DNA from: Raja brachyura
Taxonomy: Eukaryota
Assembly (NCBI GenBank): GCA_963514005.1
Contig: OY740799.1
Location: 27,466,001-27,530,000, forward strand
Direction of reading: 5' to 3'
DNA: 64,000 nucleotides
The notes beneath the pieces were generated by a model. That model was not told where the DNA came from. It did no database searches and was given only the letters and a program-made list of their open reading frames with translations. Below, in pieces: positions 62,588 to 64,000 of the stretch. The translations under genes and the position numbers were made by a program. Within the stretch, counting starts at the first letter, position 1. The number at the start of each line of letters is the position of its first letter.

Positions 62588-64000
62588 TACCTTCATCATT
62601 TCCTTTGGTTTCAAATGGAGCTCCATCACTTTCTAACACAAGATAGCTTGTTCCTTAGATAATTTCCCCTCGATGCAAAGAGAGTACTGAATTTCTATTT
62701 CCATGAATGCATTAAATCCTGACATGCAGCTTTGCTATGGTTCAATCGCTAGTCAACAAGCTGGATAAACAAACATATCAGACGTCCAACATGAGTGCCG
62801 GTGAGGAATCTAGACGCTTTGTCAGCCACTCAGGGGAAAAAAACAACAGAATAGCATTTGATCAGTCTCTCGCCCCGCCCCTCACAGTAGTTGAACCAAC
62901 CAATTAAAAAAAAATCAAGTCAACTCAATTCAAAGTAACTGCAATACAAATATTTATTAACTGTATTCAGCAGTCCATGGCAAATGGACCGATTCATCTG
63001 ATGACACCAAGTGTTAGCATCCAAAGGAAACTGAACATTTAGGTGAGTGACTAAAGTACACAGAGGGCTGAACTGCTTGCACGTGGCCAACAACTCCAAG
63101 AAGAAATACCAGCATTCAGCCACCCCAAACATACAGTGGAAATCTGCAACGTTCTGAGTGACAAATGCCATCATTTTACTTTGATTATTAAATTAATCAA
63201 TCAGTATTTTACCATATTTTATTTTTTGTATTATTTAAAGCATTCAATGTTGTTTAAATTGCTCCGACCATTGGAGCTTTGTAAAAACAGTTCCAAAGGG
63301 ATGACAGCTTTAACACAAGGCCATGTAAATGTCTCCAGCTTTAATCCCCGTCAAGAGCTGCCACTGCATTTGAGATAGTGCCTCGGAGATGAGCTGCCCA
63401 CAGCCAACTCATCATTGATGCCTCACTCTGCCTATGCAAGAGGAGGTAGCCGTCAGCTCTCTGCATCTGACCAGGTCAGTGCAGGAGCTGGATTCAGCCC
63501 ACGAGAACTTATGTCGTTAGAAGAGTTACCTCATTCTAATTCATTCACTAAGCCAATTCCGCAGGAAATCAGTTATCTGTGGCACAAGAATACTTCATCG
63601 ACCTTTAATTTTTAGATTGGTCACTGCAAATAAAATGTCAAAAATATTGTAAGTAAGTAAAATGGCGGTCACATTAAGAAGCAATGAGTATTTAGACCCC
63701 TTCCAGCACTTGAAGACTGTGCACAGATTCTGCTAAAAGTTCACATTTGTGGACAGGATCAAACTGGAATACCATTGGCCACTTGATTAAACATGGATAA
63801 TGGTGAGTTTAGTGAAGCATTGGACAGCGTGTTCCTGAAATGTAACTGCAACACAGCATGTTAATACAAAAAAAACTAAGAAAAGTCAGTAAAATTAATG
63901 GCACGGTGGAGGAAGATTACTCAAGATTCAAGAGAGTTTATTGTCATGTCTCCCTGATAGGACAATGAAATTCTTGCTTTGCTTCAGCACACAGAAGATA

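Noticed and set aside
57730-64000. Upstream GRAMD4 exons (..LNEIKGHLEIALLEKHFL..)
   Set aside because: Not found; presumably beyond the window end.

Overview
This is eukaryotic, AT-rich, repeat-dense genomic DNA. It is most likely from a cartilaginous fish (skate, ray or shark), inferred from HE1/V-SINE-type SINEs, HER1/CR1-type LINEs and Rex1-like LINEs. One protein-coding gene is reconstructable: GRAMD4 on the minus strand. It has 16 GT-AG coding exons between 57727 and the stop at 10988, every junction is phase-consistent, and they encode about 481 aa matching human GRAMD4 as I recall it from 'EELRKLREETN' to the C-terminal GRAM domain. The N-terminal exons were not found and presumably lie beyond 64000; the 3'UTR probably runs to about 8600. 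Everything else recognisable is transposon-derived: CR1, Rex1-like, RTE-like and RTEX/Crack-like LINEs, HE1 SINEs, three Tc1 elements (one nested in another), Harbinger-like MITEs, a hAT-like element with a 6-bp TSD carrying a 28-bp minisatellite, and Helitron-like 3' ends. Two signals stand out. (1) A dispersed family of about 95-210 bp TSD-flanked mini-elements carries a minimal hammerhead-ribozyme core (CUGAAGA-stemII-GAAACGUC) of the Penelope type. (2) An unannotated 14-nt candidate microexon in GRAMD4 has its acceptor and body covered by a 37/38-nt complementary sequence about 370 nt upstream. It would be either a poison exon or frame-compatible and mutually exclusive with the conserved 26-nt microexon. 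All identities and repeat boundaries were judged by eye; no database searches were run.
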